Shown in pieces: positions 55,406-64,000 of a stretch of DNA of 64,000 bases; position 1 is the first letter of the stretch, and every line of letters starts with the position of its first letter. This stretch comes from Bacilli bacterium (GTDB lineage: Bacteria > Bacillota_I > Bacilli_A > RF39 > UBA660): NCBI GenBank assembly GCA_028693035.1, contig JAQUWE010000003.1, forward strand, positions 8,255 through 72,254, in the 5' to 3' direction. The translations under genes were made by a program, and so were the position numbers. Under the pieces are notes generated by a model. The model was given only the letters and a program-made list of their open reading frames with translations, was not told the origin of the DNA and searched no databases.

Positions 55406-55481
55406 GCCTGATTAGCTCAGTTGGTAGAGCAAACGGCTGTTAACCGTTGGGTCGTAGGTTCGAGTCCTACATCAGGCGCCA
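55406..55481 (+). tRNA. tRNA-Asn (anticodon GTT), CCA encoded
   Basis: Acceptor GCCTGAT/ATCAGGC, anticodon loop CTGTTAA, and T arm GTAGG-TTCGAGT-CCTAC. Confidence 0.9.
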
Positions 55482-55484
55482 TTT

Positions 55485-55561
55485 GGCCAGTTGGTGAAGC
55501 GGCTTAACACACTGCCCTTTCACGGCAGCATTCACGGGTCCGAATCCCGTACTGGTCACCA
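55485..55561 (+). tRNA. tRNA-Glu (anticodon TTC), CCA encoded, with an atypical T loop
   Basis: Acceptor GGCCAGT/ACTGGTC and anticodon loop CTTTCAC. The T arm is ACGGG-TCCGAAT-CCCGT, giving C at the normally invariant U55 position. Confidence 0.75.
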
Positions 55562-55572
55562 TATGAGTAAAC

Positions 55573-55599
55573 AAACTCTTGTATTTACAAGAGTTTTTT
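55573..55599 (+). terminator. intrinsic terminator after tRNA-Glu
   Basis: AAACTCTTG-tattta-CAAGAGTTT followed by a T run. Confidence 0.75.
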
Positions 55600-55728
55600 A
55601 TTGCATATAAATAAGAAAACTCCCTTTAATAAGAATTCTAAATAAAAAGGAGTCTACATAAAGTAGAGAAGGGGAACATTACTAAAATATATTTATAAAA
55701 AACTGTATCATAAATTTATATAAAATGA

Positions 55729-55757
55729 TTGACAAGGTATCTTTTATCCTGTAAAAT
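55729..55757 (+). promoter_or_regulatory. promoter of tRNA-Ser
   Basis: TTGACA, a 17-nt spacer, then TAAAAT. Confidence 0.55.
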
Positions 55758-55772
55758 ATAAAACGTAGCGTT

Positions 55773-55863
55773 GGAGTAGTACTCAAGAGGCTGAAGAGGC
55801 GCCCCTGCTAAGGGTGTAGGTCGGGCAACTGGCGCGAGAGTTCAAATCTCTCCTACTCCGCCA
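55773..55863 (+). tRNA. tRNA-Ser (anticodon GCT), long variable arm, CCA encoded
   Basis: Acceptor GGAGTAG/CTACTCC, anticodon loop CTGCTAA, a 17-nt variable arm, and T arm GAGAG-TTCAAAT-CTCTC. Confidence 0.9.
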
Positions 55864-55876
55864 TTAAGAAATTAAG

Positions 55877-55902
55877 ATCTTTGGGCAACCAAAGATTTTT
55901 TT
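55877..55902 (+). terminator. intrinsic terminator after tRNA-Ser
   Basis: ATCTTTGG-gcaa-CCAAAGAT followed by T7. Confidence 0.75.
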
Positions 55903-55977
55903 ATGTATAATACAAATATCATAGAAAAAAGACTATGTAAAATAGAAACATAGTGTATCAAGAAAGAGGTGTTATCT

Positions 55978-57708
55978 ATGAAAAAAATGAAGAATTTTTC
56001 TTTACTATGGAAATATTTAAAAAATGAAAAAGCAAAAATGGTTATTTATATTATTTTAGTAATCTTATCTTATCTACCTGTTGTAGTGGCACCTATCTTT
56101 TGGGGCCATGCATTAGAAGCTTTAATTTTAAAAGATATGAAAACTTTTGTTTTATTTTTAAGTGGTTGGAGTGGTATGTATATTGTATTTTATTCTATAT
56201 TACAAATACCAAGAGATATGCTTTACAATAATTTAGAAATTCTTTTTACTAAAAATATTAGTAAAGATTTATTTAAAAAGAGTTTGGATCTTCCTTCTAT
56301 CGCATTTGAGGATATTGGAGTAGGAGAACTAATCAATCGTCTTTATACAGATCCTGATAGAATTGTAGAACTTTTAGCAAAATTAATCCGTATGCTGTGT
56401 AAATTCACGGTTGTGATTGTGGTTTTTATTTTATGTTTTAAAACATCCCTTTTACTAGGTCTTGAACTTCTTGTTTTTGCGATCATCATGGGACTTATTT
56501 CAGCAGGATTCTTTCCTAAAATAAAGAAAGAACAAGAAGCAATTAAAAAGGAATCTGATTTATATGTAAAAAGCCTAACAGAAGATATTACAGGTATTAG
56601 AGAAATTAAATCTCTAGGTATTAAAAAGAATATTAGAAACTATGTAAATCAAAATATAGAAAATTTATTTATTAAAACAAAAAAACAAAAGAAATATGAA
56701 GTATTATATTTTACTTCCAATAATTTCTGTTTCTTTGTCTTACAATTTATCATTTTATTTACTTGTGGATACTTATTTGTCAAAGGAAATATCACTTATA
56801 GTGTTTTTATCATGTTAGAAGTGTATATTTGGAGAATTGATGATGTGGTAGAAAGCATTAGTGATTTTGGTGTCAATTATAACAAAATAGCTGTTTCTCT
56901 AAAAAGAATGAATGAAATCTTAGATAATGTTCTATATAAAGATGAACATTATGGTAAAGAAATAGAGAAAAAACAAAGCCATACCATCGCCTTTAAAAAA
57001 GTAAAATTCCACTATAGAAAAGGGGAGAAAGATACCTTAGCAGGCCTTAATCTAGTGATAGAACCCCATAAAAAAATAGCCGTTGTAGGACGTAGTGGAA
57101 ATGGAAAAAGTACTATTTTTAATTTATTACTTCGTTATTTTGATGCAACACAAGGTAAAGTTACAATCGATAACATTCCTATTCAAAATTTCACAGAGGA
57201 AGCCTTAAGAAGCCAAATCTCTATCATTAGACAATCTCCTTTCTTATTCAATCTTTCTATTTTTGACAATTTTAAATTGGTAAAAGAAGATGTGACATTA
57301 GAAGAGGTAAGAAAAGCTTGTAAAAAGGCCTATATTGATGACTATGTTATGTCACTACAAAAAGGATATGAAACCATTATAGGAGAGGGTGGCGTAAACC
57401 TTTCTGGTGGTCAAAAACAAAGGATTGCGATCGCGCGTACCCTGCTTTTAAATACACCTATTATTTTGTTTGATGAAGCTACAAGTGCTTTAGATAATGA
57501 ATCCCAGGAATATATAAAGAAAACCATCAATGACCTTACCAAGGATCATACGGTAATTATAGTGGCGCACCGTTTATCTACTATAATGGATGCTGATGTC
57601 ATTCACGTGATTGATGCCGGTAAATTGGCTGCGAGTGGCTCTCATAAAGAACTGCTTAAAAACAGTGAAACGTATAAAAAATTATATACTTCTGAATCGA
57701 TTTCCTAA
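55978..57708 (+). CDS. ABC exporter, fused permease and ATPase (MsbA/multidrug type)
   Basis: Six N-terminal TM helices, Walker A GRSGNGKST, signature LSGGQKQR and Walker B ILFDEATSALD. Confidence 0.9.
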   Translation: MKKMKNFSLLWKYLKNEKAKMVIYIILVILSYLPVVVAPIFWGHALEALILKDMKTFVLFLSGWSGMYIVFYSILQIPRDMLYNNLEILFTKNISKDLFKKSLDLPSIAFEDIGVGELINRLYTDPDRIVELLAKLIRMLCKFTVVIVVFILCFKTSLLLGLELLVFAIIMGLISAGFFPKIKKEQEAIKKESDLYVKSLTEDITGIREIKSLGIKKNIRNYVNQNIENLFIKTKKQKKYEVLYFTSNNFCFFVLQFIILFTCGYLFVKGNITYSVFIMLEVYIWRIDDVVESISDFGVNYNKIAVSLKRMNEILDNVLYKDEHYGKEIEKKQSHTIAFKKVKFHYRKGEKDTLAGLNLVIEPHKKIAVVGRSGNGKSTIFNLLLRYFDATQGKVTIDNIPIQNFTEEALRSQISIIRQSPFLFNLSIFDNFKLVKEDVTLEEVRKACKKAYIDDYVMSLQKGYETIIGEGGVNLSGGQKQRIAIARTLLLNTPIILFDEATSALDNESQEYIKKTINDLTKDHTVIIVAHRLSTIMDADVIHVIDAGKLAASGSHKELLKNSETYKKLYTSESIS

Positions 57709-57941
57709 AAAACAAACAGGAAAACCTATCAAAAAAAGGGTTTTCTTTTTTTCTATATGTAAACCTCATTTTAAAATAGACAAACGTTAAAAATTCCTTA
57801 TAAAATAAGGGATAAATCATAAAATGTATAAAATTTAATATTCTGTTTATCCTAATAAATGTAAAAGGAGAGTTGTCTCGATTTTACAAAATTTGCTAAA
57901 TATGTTAGAATAATTCCTGCACGAAGGAGAGTGTACAGATT

Positions 57942-59006
57942 ATGAAAACAAATAAGAAGAGAAAGAGTCTCTATCGAGTCATTCTTTTATCCTCTTTATG
58001 TATTTTGATTACCACTTCATTCTTACTAGAGAAGTATAGTAATCAAACCGTATTAACCCAAAAAGTAAAAGCTTATCAAAGCGTACTTGTATCTTTTAAA
58101 GATACTCCTATTTTAGAATATGGACAAAAAGAGTATTCATTAAAACCATTTATTAAAGATGTAAAAGGGGAGCTTAGAGTAGAGCGTAACTATATTGATA
58201 CATCAAAAGTAGGAGAATACCTAGTAATGTTTACTGCATCAAATAACAATACAAAGAAAAACTATATGTTGAAGGTAATTGTGAAAGATACAAAAGCACC
58301 TAGTATTGCTTTAAAAGAAAATCAAATCTCTATTTCAAAAGGACAAAATTATTCTATTTTAGATAATATTGCTTCTGTAAGTGATGAAATAGATGGAGAT
58401 ATGGCTTATTTAGATCATGAGGAACTTCAAAAAGAAGAAAATCTAAATAAGACAAATTATTATACCTATAGTACGGATTTAGATGTAAACAAAGCAGGCA
58501 ATTATACAGCTAACATAAAAGCAGTAGATGTAAATGGCAATGTCACAGAAGTATCTTATCCAATCGTAGTAAAAGAAACATATAAGATAGTCAAGACAAG
58601 CACAGTTGCTATGAATATGAATTTTGTAGCAGAGGGAGGTAAAGCAGAAGTAGTAAATGCAGCTTACTCTCTATTAGGTTCCCCTTATGTAGCAGGTGGA
58701 AATAGTCCAAGTGGTTTTGATTGTGCTGGATTTGTCTCATATGTATATGGAACAACAGGTACTTATATTTCTAAGAGTTCGGCAGCGCAGCTTTATACAG
58801 GAACAAGTGTTTCTTTAGAGCAAATGATGCCAGGAGATATTATTGTCTTTAGTACTCGTTCTGACGGTAGTCCTACGCATACAGCACTTTATATAGGTGG
58901 TGGAAACATGATTCATGCAGCCAACCCTAGACAAGGTGTTATTATAAGTAATGTGAGTGCATGGGTTTCTTATGGAGCTTCTATCGTTTCGATTAGAAGA
59001 GTCTAA
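57942..59006 (+). CDS. NlpC/P60 (C40) cell-wall peptidase with N-terminal Ig-like repeats
   Basis: C-terminal GFDCAGFVSYVY (catalytic Cys) and HTALYIGGGNMIHA (His), with a signal/anchor at the N-terminus. Confidence 0.85.
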   Translation: MKTNKKRKSLYRVILLSSLCILITTSFLLEKYSNQTVLTQKVKAYQSVLVSFKDTPILEYGQKEYSLKPFIKDVKGELRVERNYIDTSKVGEYLVMFTASNNNTKKNYMLKVIVKDTKAPSIALKENQISISKGQNYSILDNIASVSDEIDGDMAYLDHEELQKEENLNKTNYYTYSTDLDVNKAGNYTANIKAVDVNGNVTEVSYPIVVKETYKIVKTSTVAMNMNFVAEGGKAEVVNAAYSLLGSPYVAGGNSPSGFDCAGFVSYVYGTTGTYISKSSAAQLYTGTSVSLEQMMPGDIIVFSTRSDGSPTHTALYIGGGNMIHAANPRQGVIISNVSAWVSYGASIVSIRRV

Positions 59007-59173
59007 TGCAGTAGCACTAAAAAAATAGAAAAAGGATTTCTTATGAAATCTTTTTATTTTTTGCCCCTTTTTCTGCTATACTAAAGGTAGGCAACCCGTA
59101 GTTGCGCAAAAACAACTCATAGTTGGTAGTAAAAATAAAGAGTTTTGGATATATTGGTAGAGAGGTGAAACAA

Positions 59174-60028
59174 ATGAATTTTAGAGAGAAGTTACAAAAG
59201 TTAAGAAAAGAGAGAGGGTACTCACAAGAAGACCTTGCAGACGTGATTGGTGTTTCTAGGCAAGCGGTATCAAAATGGGAATCAGGTACCAGTTATCCAG
59301 AGACAGAAAAACTAATAGAACTCAGCAAGTTATTTTCTATATCATTAGATGAATTTTTAAAAGAAGAAAAAAAAGAAGAAAAGCCAGTAATAGATCCTAT
59401 TATAGAAAAACAGTTTCTTACATTTTATAAGAAATTTTCAATTATGATAAGTCTTGGTGTTTTCTTATGTATTATGGGTCTAGTAGCTACTGCCTTTATG
59501 GAAGATATTTTTAAAAGTGATATTCCCCAAATCATCACACTATTTTCATTCTTCTTAGTTGCAGTCATTCTGTTTGTCTATTATGGAATTGAATATTCTA
59601 GATATGAAAAGGTAGAAAAATTATACAAACAAAAAATAAAAGATAAAGATTTACTAACAAACACATCTAAAAAGTTTTCTCTTATGATGACACTAGGTGT
59701 TGCTTTATGTATTTTAGGTATCGTTTTTGGTGGAGTAGCAGGGGAACTTACCAACGCAAACGGATTCCAAGCCCTTGCATTCTTTGGACCCATTTCTATT
59801 GCCCTTTGGATTTTTATTTATTGTGGAATGGAGCACGCTTTATATCATCCCGAAGCCGAAAAGAAAAATGAACCAGATACAAGAATACATGGCGCTATTA
59901 TGTTAACAGCGACGCTTATCTTTATATTAATTGGTCTTTTAACAAACGCGTGGCATCCAGCCTGGGTTGTATTTCCGGTAGGAGGCATTCTCTGCGCAAT
60001 CGTTTCTGTTTTAACAAATGAAAAATAA
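59174..60028 (+). CDS. XRE-family HTH protein with four to six TM helices
   Basis: LRKERGYSQEDLADVIGVSRQAVSKWESG followed by hydrophobic segments. Start moved to ATG 59174, after GAGAGGTG. Confidence 0.8.
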   Translation: MNFREKLQKLRKERGYSQEDLADVIGVSRQAVSKWESGTSYPETEKLIELSKLFSISLDEFLKEEKKEEKPVIDPIIEKQFLTFYKKFSIMISLGVFLCIMGLVATAFMEDIFKSDIPQIITLFSFFLVAVILFVYYGIEYSRYEKVEKLYKQKIKDKDLLTNTSKKFSLMMTLGVALCILGIVFGGVAGELTNANGFQALAFFGPISIALWIFIYCGMEHALYHPEAEKKNEPDTRIHGAIMLTATLIFILIGLLTNAWHPAWVVFPVGGILCAIVSVLTNEK

Positions 60029-60066
60029 AAGAAAGACGAAAGTCTTTTTTTGTTTCTATAAAAAGA

Positions 60067-60107
60067 TTGACACAAAATTATAAACTGTGTATACTGTATA
60101 TATACAG
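60067..60107 (+). promoter_or_regulatory. promoter plus a perfect 14-bp palindromic operator upstream of the GntR/ABC operon
   Basis: TTGACA, a 17-nt spacer, then TATACT. The perfect palindrome CTGTATATATACAG (60094-60107) overlaps the end of the -10 element. Confidence 0.6.
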
Positions 60108-60117
60108 AGGTGATGTA

Positions 60118-60504
60118 ATGCATATCATTATTAGTAATAGTTCTAATAAACCTATTTATGAACAAATCAAGGACAATATTAAAGAAATGATTTTATCTGG
60201 AGAACTAAGTGGAGAAGAAACGCTTCCTTCCATTCGAATGCTCGCTAAAGATTTAAGAGTCAGTGTGATTACAACCAAAAGAGCTTATGAAGAATTAGAA
60301 AAAGAATCTTTTGTAACCGTCATTCCTGGAAAAGGATACTTCGTTAAAAATAAAAGTGAAGTACTTAGAAGAGAAGAAGTTCTAAAAAAGATTGAAGAAC
60401 TATTAGAAAAAGCCATTACAACAGCCCAAACCTATCACATCGATAAAGAGGAACTCTTACAAATGGCAGATATATTATATGAGGGGGATTCACATGGAAA
60501 ATAA
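60118..60504 (+). CDS. GntR family transcriptional regulator (YtrA subfamily)
   Basis: PIYEQIKDNIKEMILSGEL...LPSIRMLAKDLRVSVITTKRAYEELE, about 128 aa with a short effector domain. Confidence 0.85.
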   Translation: MHIIISNSSNKPIYEQIKDNIKEMILSGELSGEETLPSIRMLAKDLRVSVITTKRAYEELEKESFVTVIPGKGYFVKNKSEVLRREEVLKKIEELLEKAITTAQTYHIDKEELLQMADILYEGDSHGK

Positions 60505-61345
60505 TATTGAAGTGAAAAATATAACAAAAAAATTTAAAGACTTTTCATTAAAAGATGTAAGCCTTTCTGTTCCAAAAGGAAGTATTATTGGACTTATTGG
60601 AGAAAATGGAGCAGGTAAAACCACGCTGATTAAATGTATATTGGATACCATGCATATTGATATGGGTTCTATTACTGTTTTAGGTAAGGATAGTACACAC
60701 CTTGTAAAGGAAGAAGTAGGGGTTGTTTTAGATGGAGCTTTCTTCCCAGAAATTTTAAAAGGAAAAGATATGGCTGCTATTATGAAAAAAATCTTTAAGA
60801 ATTGGGATGATCCTCTTTTCTTACAATATATCAAAGATTTTAAAATTCCTTTAGAAAAGCCAATCAAAGAACTTTCAAAAGGAATGCGCAAAAAATTAGA
60901 AATTGCTTCCGCTTTAGCCCATCACCCAGAAGTTCTTATTTTAGATGAACCTACAAGTGGTCTAGATCCCGTTGTAAGAAATGAAATCTTAGATATATTT
61001 TTAGAATTTACTAGAGATGAAAACCATAGTATTTTACTTTCTTCACATATCACCAGTGATTTAGAACATATTGCTGATCAAATTGCTTTTATGGAAGATG
61101 GCAAAATGATTTTCTGTAAAGAAAAAGATACTCTTTTAGAAGAATACGGAATCATTAGATGTGAAGAAAATGTCTTTACACAAATAAAAAAAGAAGAAAT
61201 GATTTCTTATAGAAAAAATAAATATAGTTATGATATTTTGATCAATAATAAAAAAGAGATATTAAAAAAATATAAAGATATAGTAATGGATACACCGGCC
61301 ATTGATGAAATTATGTTTTTGTATAGTAAGGGGGAACAAAAATGA
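60494..61345 (+). CDS. ABC transporter ATP-binding protein
   Basis: Walker A GENGAGKTT, signature LSKGMRKK and Walker B LILDEPTSGLD. Confidence 0.9.
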   Translation: MENNIEVKNITKKFKDFSLKDVSLSVPKGSIIGLIGENGAGKTTLIKCILDTMHIDMGSITVLGKDSTHLVKEEVGVVLDGAFFPEILKGKDMAAIMKKIFKNWDDPLFLQYIKDFKIPLEKPIKELSKGMRKKLEIASALAHHPEVLILDEPTSGLDPVVRNEILDIFLEFTRDENHSILLSSHITSDLEHIADQIAFMEDGKMIFCKEKDTLLEEYGIIRCEENVFTQIKKEEMISYRKNKYSYDILINNKKEILKKYKDIVMDTPAIDEIMFLYSKGEQK

Positions 61346-61986
61346 AAGGTCTTATTTTAAAAGATATTTTATTTATTAAAAATTTATCTAAAAACATTTT
61401 AATTATTTTCCTTGCTCTTGCCCTAATGGATTTGGTCAATGGAAACACAGCGGCTTCCTTCTTTCTCCCTTTTATTGCTGTGATGCTATCTCTTTCTACT
61501 TTCAATTATGATGCTTTTAATCATTGGGATACGTATATGTTGACGCTTCCTCTCAAAAGAAAACAAATTGTAAGAGCCAAATATATCTTTGCTTTATTAG
61601 GTGTTTTTATTATGTTCCTTGTGGCAATGGTACTTCTATTTGCGTCTGCTGCATGGAAAGGCAATATAGATATCCCTCATTTATTAGAACAGGGACTTGG
61701 AGGATTCTTTGCTGCTATCTTTGTCGTTTCTATGGTCTATCCACTTTTATATAAATTTGGTGCTGAAAAGGGAAGAATTTGGTTTTTTGTACTTTGCTTT
61801 GGAATAGGTATTGTAGCGTCTCTTATTGGCTTTATTTTCTCCTTTTTCCATATTGGTATTCCTTCCAAAGAAATCTTACTTTATCTAAACCAATATGGTG
61901 CTTATATAGCGGTTTTATGTATTGTTATTTTCTATTCTCTTTCTTATAAAATTTCCTGTCATATTTATCAAAAAAAGGAGTTTTAA
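61342..61986 (+). CDS. ABC-2 transporter permease
   Basis: Six TM helices, with a 4-nt overlap with the ATPase gene. Confidence 0.65.
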   Translation: MKGLILKDILFIKNLSKNILIIFLALALMDLVNGNTAASFFLPFIAVMLSLSTFNYDAFNHWDTYMLTLPLKRKQIVRAKYIFALLGVFIMFLVAMVLLFASAAWKGNIDIPHLLEQGLGGFFAAIFVVSMVYPLLYKFGAEKGRIWFFVLCFGIGIVASLIGFIFSFFHIGIPSKEILLYLNQYGAYIAVLCIVIFYSLSYKISCHIYQKKEF

Positions 61987-61987
61987 T

Positions 61988-62452
61988 ATGAATGGTTTTG
62001 TCTATCAAACAAAAATAGGGGAACTTACTTTTATTGAAGAGAATGGTATCCTTATAGAAATTGGTTTTGGTTCTGCCCTGGGTTCTGTTTTAGAAAAGGA
62101 AACTTCCTTTTTAAAAGAAGCCAAGCAACAAGTAGAAGAATATTTAGAGGGAAACAGAAAGCAGTTTACCATTCCTTTTAAAGTGCAGGGGACTTCTTTT
62201 CAAAAAAGTGTTTATGAAGCCCTTCTACAAATTCCTTATGGAGAAGTAAGAAGCTATAGTGATATAGCAAGGGCTATCCAAAACCCAAAAGCCGTACGTG
62301 CTGTAGGGAATGCAAATAACCACAATCGTCTTCCTATTCTTATCCCTTGTCATAGAGTGGTAGGAAAAAACGGGAAAATGGTAGGGTATGCAGGGGGTCT
62401 ATCTATAAAAGAAACACTTCTTACTATAGAAGGATATACAAAAAAGGATTGA
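61988..62452 (+). CDS. ogt: methylated-DNA--protein-cysteine methyltransferase
   Basis: IPCHRVV active site, SYSDIA and NPKAVRAVGNANNHN. Start moved to ATG 61988, after AAGGAG. Confidence 0.9.
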   Translation: MNGFVYQTKIGELTFIEENGILIEIGFGSALGSVLEKETSFLKEAKQQVEEYLEGNRKQFTIPFKVQGTSFQKSVYEALLQIPYGEVRSYSDIARAIQNPKAVRAVGNANNHNRLPILIPCHRVVGKNGKMVGYAGGLSIKETLLTIEGYTKKD

Positions 62453-62468
62453 TTTTTTTTCAATCCTT
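62444..62468. terminator. bidirectional terminator between convergent genes
   Basis: AAGGATTG-ttttttttt-CAATCCTT flanked by an A run and a T run. Confidence 0.6.
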
Positions 62469-62470
62469 TT

Positions 62471-63343
62471 TTAATCATATAATTCTTGTTTTAATAATTC
62501 AATATTATTATTCATAAGGGAAATATAATCTTTGTTTTCTTTTCTAGAAGCATCATCTAGATTAGAGATGGTATGGAAAGTAAGAGTAGGAACTTCTGTA
62601 TTTTTTATTAATTTTTGAACAGTTCCATTGACTTCTTCATTATCAAGAACAAAGATATTCTTAATCGTACCCAAACGAATCATCTTTTGCACATCACTTA
62701 CAGTCTTTTGTGTTAAATTCGCATTTTCTTCTAAAGAGATTACATTAAAATTATATTTTTCTAAAAATTTAAATACATCATTCGAAACAACAATGGTTTT
62801 ACGATTCGCACTTTCACTAACAAGTTTAAATTTTGCATCTAAAGAAGAAATTTCTAATTTTAAAGCATCATAGTTCTGATTGATTTCTTCTTTTAAGTAG
62901 TGATTGCTGATATATTCATTTAATCCATTTTTGATATTTTGAGAAAGCATTAAGAAATTAGAAGGATTTAACCATAAATCTTCAATTTCATTTGTATATT
63001 CCATACTAAGGGTTGTATCAATAATTTTGATGTTTTTGTTTTCTTTGAACATTTTAATAACATCTTTTTTCTCATTTTCAACAAGTCCATTAAAAATAAA
63101 CATACTGCCTTTACTATAATCTTTGATTTGTTTATCAGTAAGTTTATAGTTTCTAGGATCAACACCATCTGGATACACACTGCTTACAGTACTGTGGGTT
63201 CCATATAAACGGTTTGTGATATATTCCATTGGATAAGAAGTTGTATAAATGGTGATATCTTCTAAAACATCCCTTTTAAAGCATCCTGTAAGTCCTATAC
63301 ATAAAATAGATAGAAGTAGGATTGTTCCTATTTTTTTCTTCAT
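62471..63343 (-). CDS. TroA/ZnuA-fold substrate-binding lipoprotein without the usual His ligands, and with no adjacent ABC partner
   Basis: Lipobox LTGCF. The family-like blocks [25 protein letters not shown] and DLWLNP carry R/D where ZnuA-type proteins have His. Confidence 0.5.
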   Translation of the reverse strand: MKKKIGTILLLSILCIGLTGCFKRDVLEDITIYTTSYPMEYITNRLYGTHSTVSSVYPDGVDPRNYKLTDKQIKDYSKGSMFIFNGLVENEKKDVIKMFKENKNIKIIDTTLSMEYTNEIEDLWLNPSNFLMLSQNIKNGLNEYISNHYLKEEINQNYDALKLEISSLDAKFKLVSESANRKTIVVSNDVFKFLEKYNFNVISLEENANLTQKTVSDVQKMIRLGTIKNIFVLDNEEVNGTVQKLIKNTEVPTLTFHTISNLDDASRKENKDYISLMNNNIELLKQELYD

Positions 63344-63561
63344 TTTTCTTTCCTCCTTGGTACAAGATCTATACCACCTTTATGAAAAGGATTGCATTTT
63401 AAAATCCTTTTGACTGCTAAATAACTTCCCTTACATGCGCCATGAATGGTAATGGCTTCTATCGCATAATTAGAACACGTGGGAATAAAATTACAATGAT
63501 TGTGGAAATCACCAGGTATTTTTTGGTAAATTCGTATCATTTTAATAAGTACTTTTTTCAT
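63340..63561 (-). CDS. yidD: membrane protein insertion efficiency factor YidD
   Basis: [20 protein letters not shown]...[13 protein letters not shown]. Confidence 0.85.
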   Translation of the reverse strand: MKKVLIKMIRIYQKIPGDFHNHCNFIPTCSNYAIEAITIHGACKGSYLAVKRILKCNPFHKGGIDLVPRRKEK

Positions 63562-63759
63562 ATACTAACACCAATGCTATTATACCAAAAAAAATGTAAA
63601 TATAAAACAAGAATGTTAGAAAAAAAGACTTTATAAGTGGACTTTTTATTTTGATACATGTAAGGCTGGATATGCTTTTAAGGAATTGTATCTTTATTTA
63701 TGGGACTTACCGTGCTATAATAGAGATGCAAAAAAACGTAGTACAAAAGGAGAATATAT

Positions 63760-64000
63760 ATGAAAATTTTAAATGAATTAGGAATTAAAGTAAACAATCA
63801 AGACTTATTTGATACTGCTTTTACACACACTTCTTATGCCAATGAGTGTGGTGTTGAAAGTTATGAAAGACTTGAATACTTAGGAGATGCTGTTTTAGAA
63901 ATGGTTATGAGTGAATATCTTTATAACAATACAACATCCAATGAAGGAGATATGACCAAAACAAGAGCGCATTATGTATGTGAAAATGCTTTATATGAAT
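63760..64000 (+). CDS. rnc: ribonuclease III (5-prime partial, runs off the window)
   Basis: FTHTSYANE...YERLEYLGDAVLE signature, with SD AAAGGAG upstream. Confidence 0.85.
   Translation, partial: MKILNELGIKVNNQDLFDTAFTHTSYANECGVESYERLEYLGDAVLEMVMSEYLYNNTTSNEGDMTKTRAHYVCENALYE

Noticed and set aside
57709-57941. Cyclic-di-AMP (ydaO-type) or other riboswitch upstream of the NlpC/P60 hydrolase gene
   Set aside because: The leader is AT-rich and lacks the G/C-rich conserved cores of that class. Only a terminator for the upstream ABC gene is evident.

Overview
This is a low-GC (about 30% by eye), densely coding chromosomal segment of a Firmicutes-type bacterium. It is probably an anaerobic or facultative spore-former: it carries nrdDG, a SleC-like cortex-lytic enzyme and sigma-A-type promoters, and the tRNAs encode their CCA ends. 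No rRNA genes, CRISPR arrays, transposases or integrases were seen. Housekeeping genes include folA, rnr, murF-ddl, nrdDG, csaA, ogt, yidD, the start of rnc and five tRNA genes. They are interspersed with accessory-looking genes: LD-carboxypeptidase, GNATs, a CYTH protein, Fic, XRE regulators, ABC systems, an NlpC/P60 hydrolase and NfeD/SPFH. The strongest candidate for an undescribed system is a tightly packed 10-gene operon at about 23264-32798. A Fur-family 7-1-7 inverted repeat sits immediately downstream of its -10 promoter element. The operon encodes an acidic unknown protein, a CooC/MinD-class P-loop NTPase and an Orn/DAP-type PLP decarboxylase. It also encodes a cysteine-synthase-like enzyme fused to a rhodanese domain, a SufS-like cysteine desulfurase, its own Fur-family regulator, a DUF318/TIGR03943 permease pair and two YibE/F membrane proteins. 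I read this as a metal-starvation-controlled sulfur-containing metallophore or metal-handling pathway. Other notable observations: (1) an NrdD paralog with an ATP-cone that lacks the catalytic cysteines and the zinc ribbon, divergent from nrdDG; (2) two transcription units that share an identical 20-nt promoter module and carry leader terminators, one with a 30-codon leader peptide; (3) a MurF whose N-terminal domain is replaced by transmembrane helices; (4) a CsoR-family regulator heading a cysteine desulfurase/PP-loop ATPase operon. All functional calls come from motif recognition in the supplied translations. No database search was possible.
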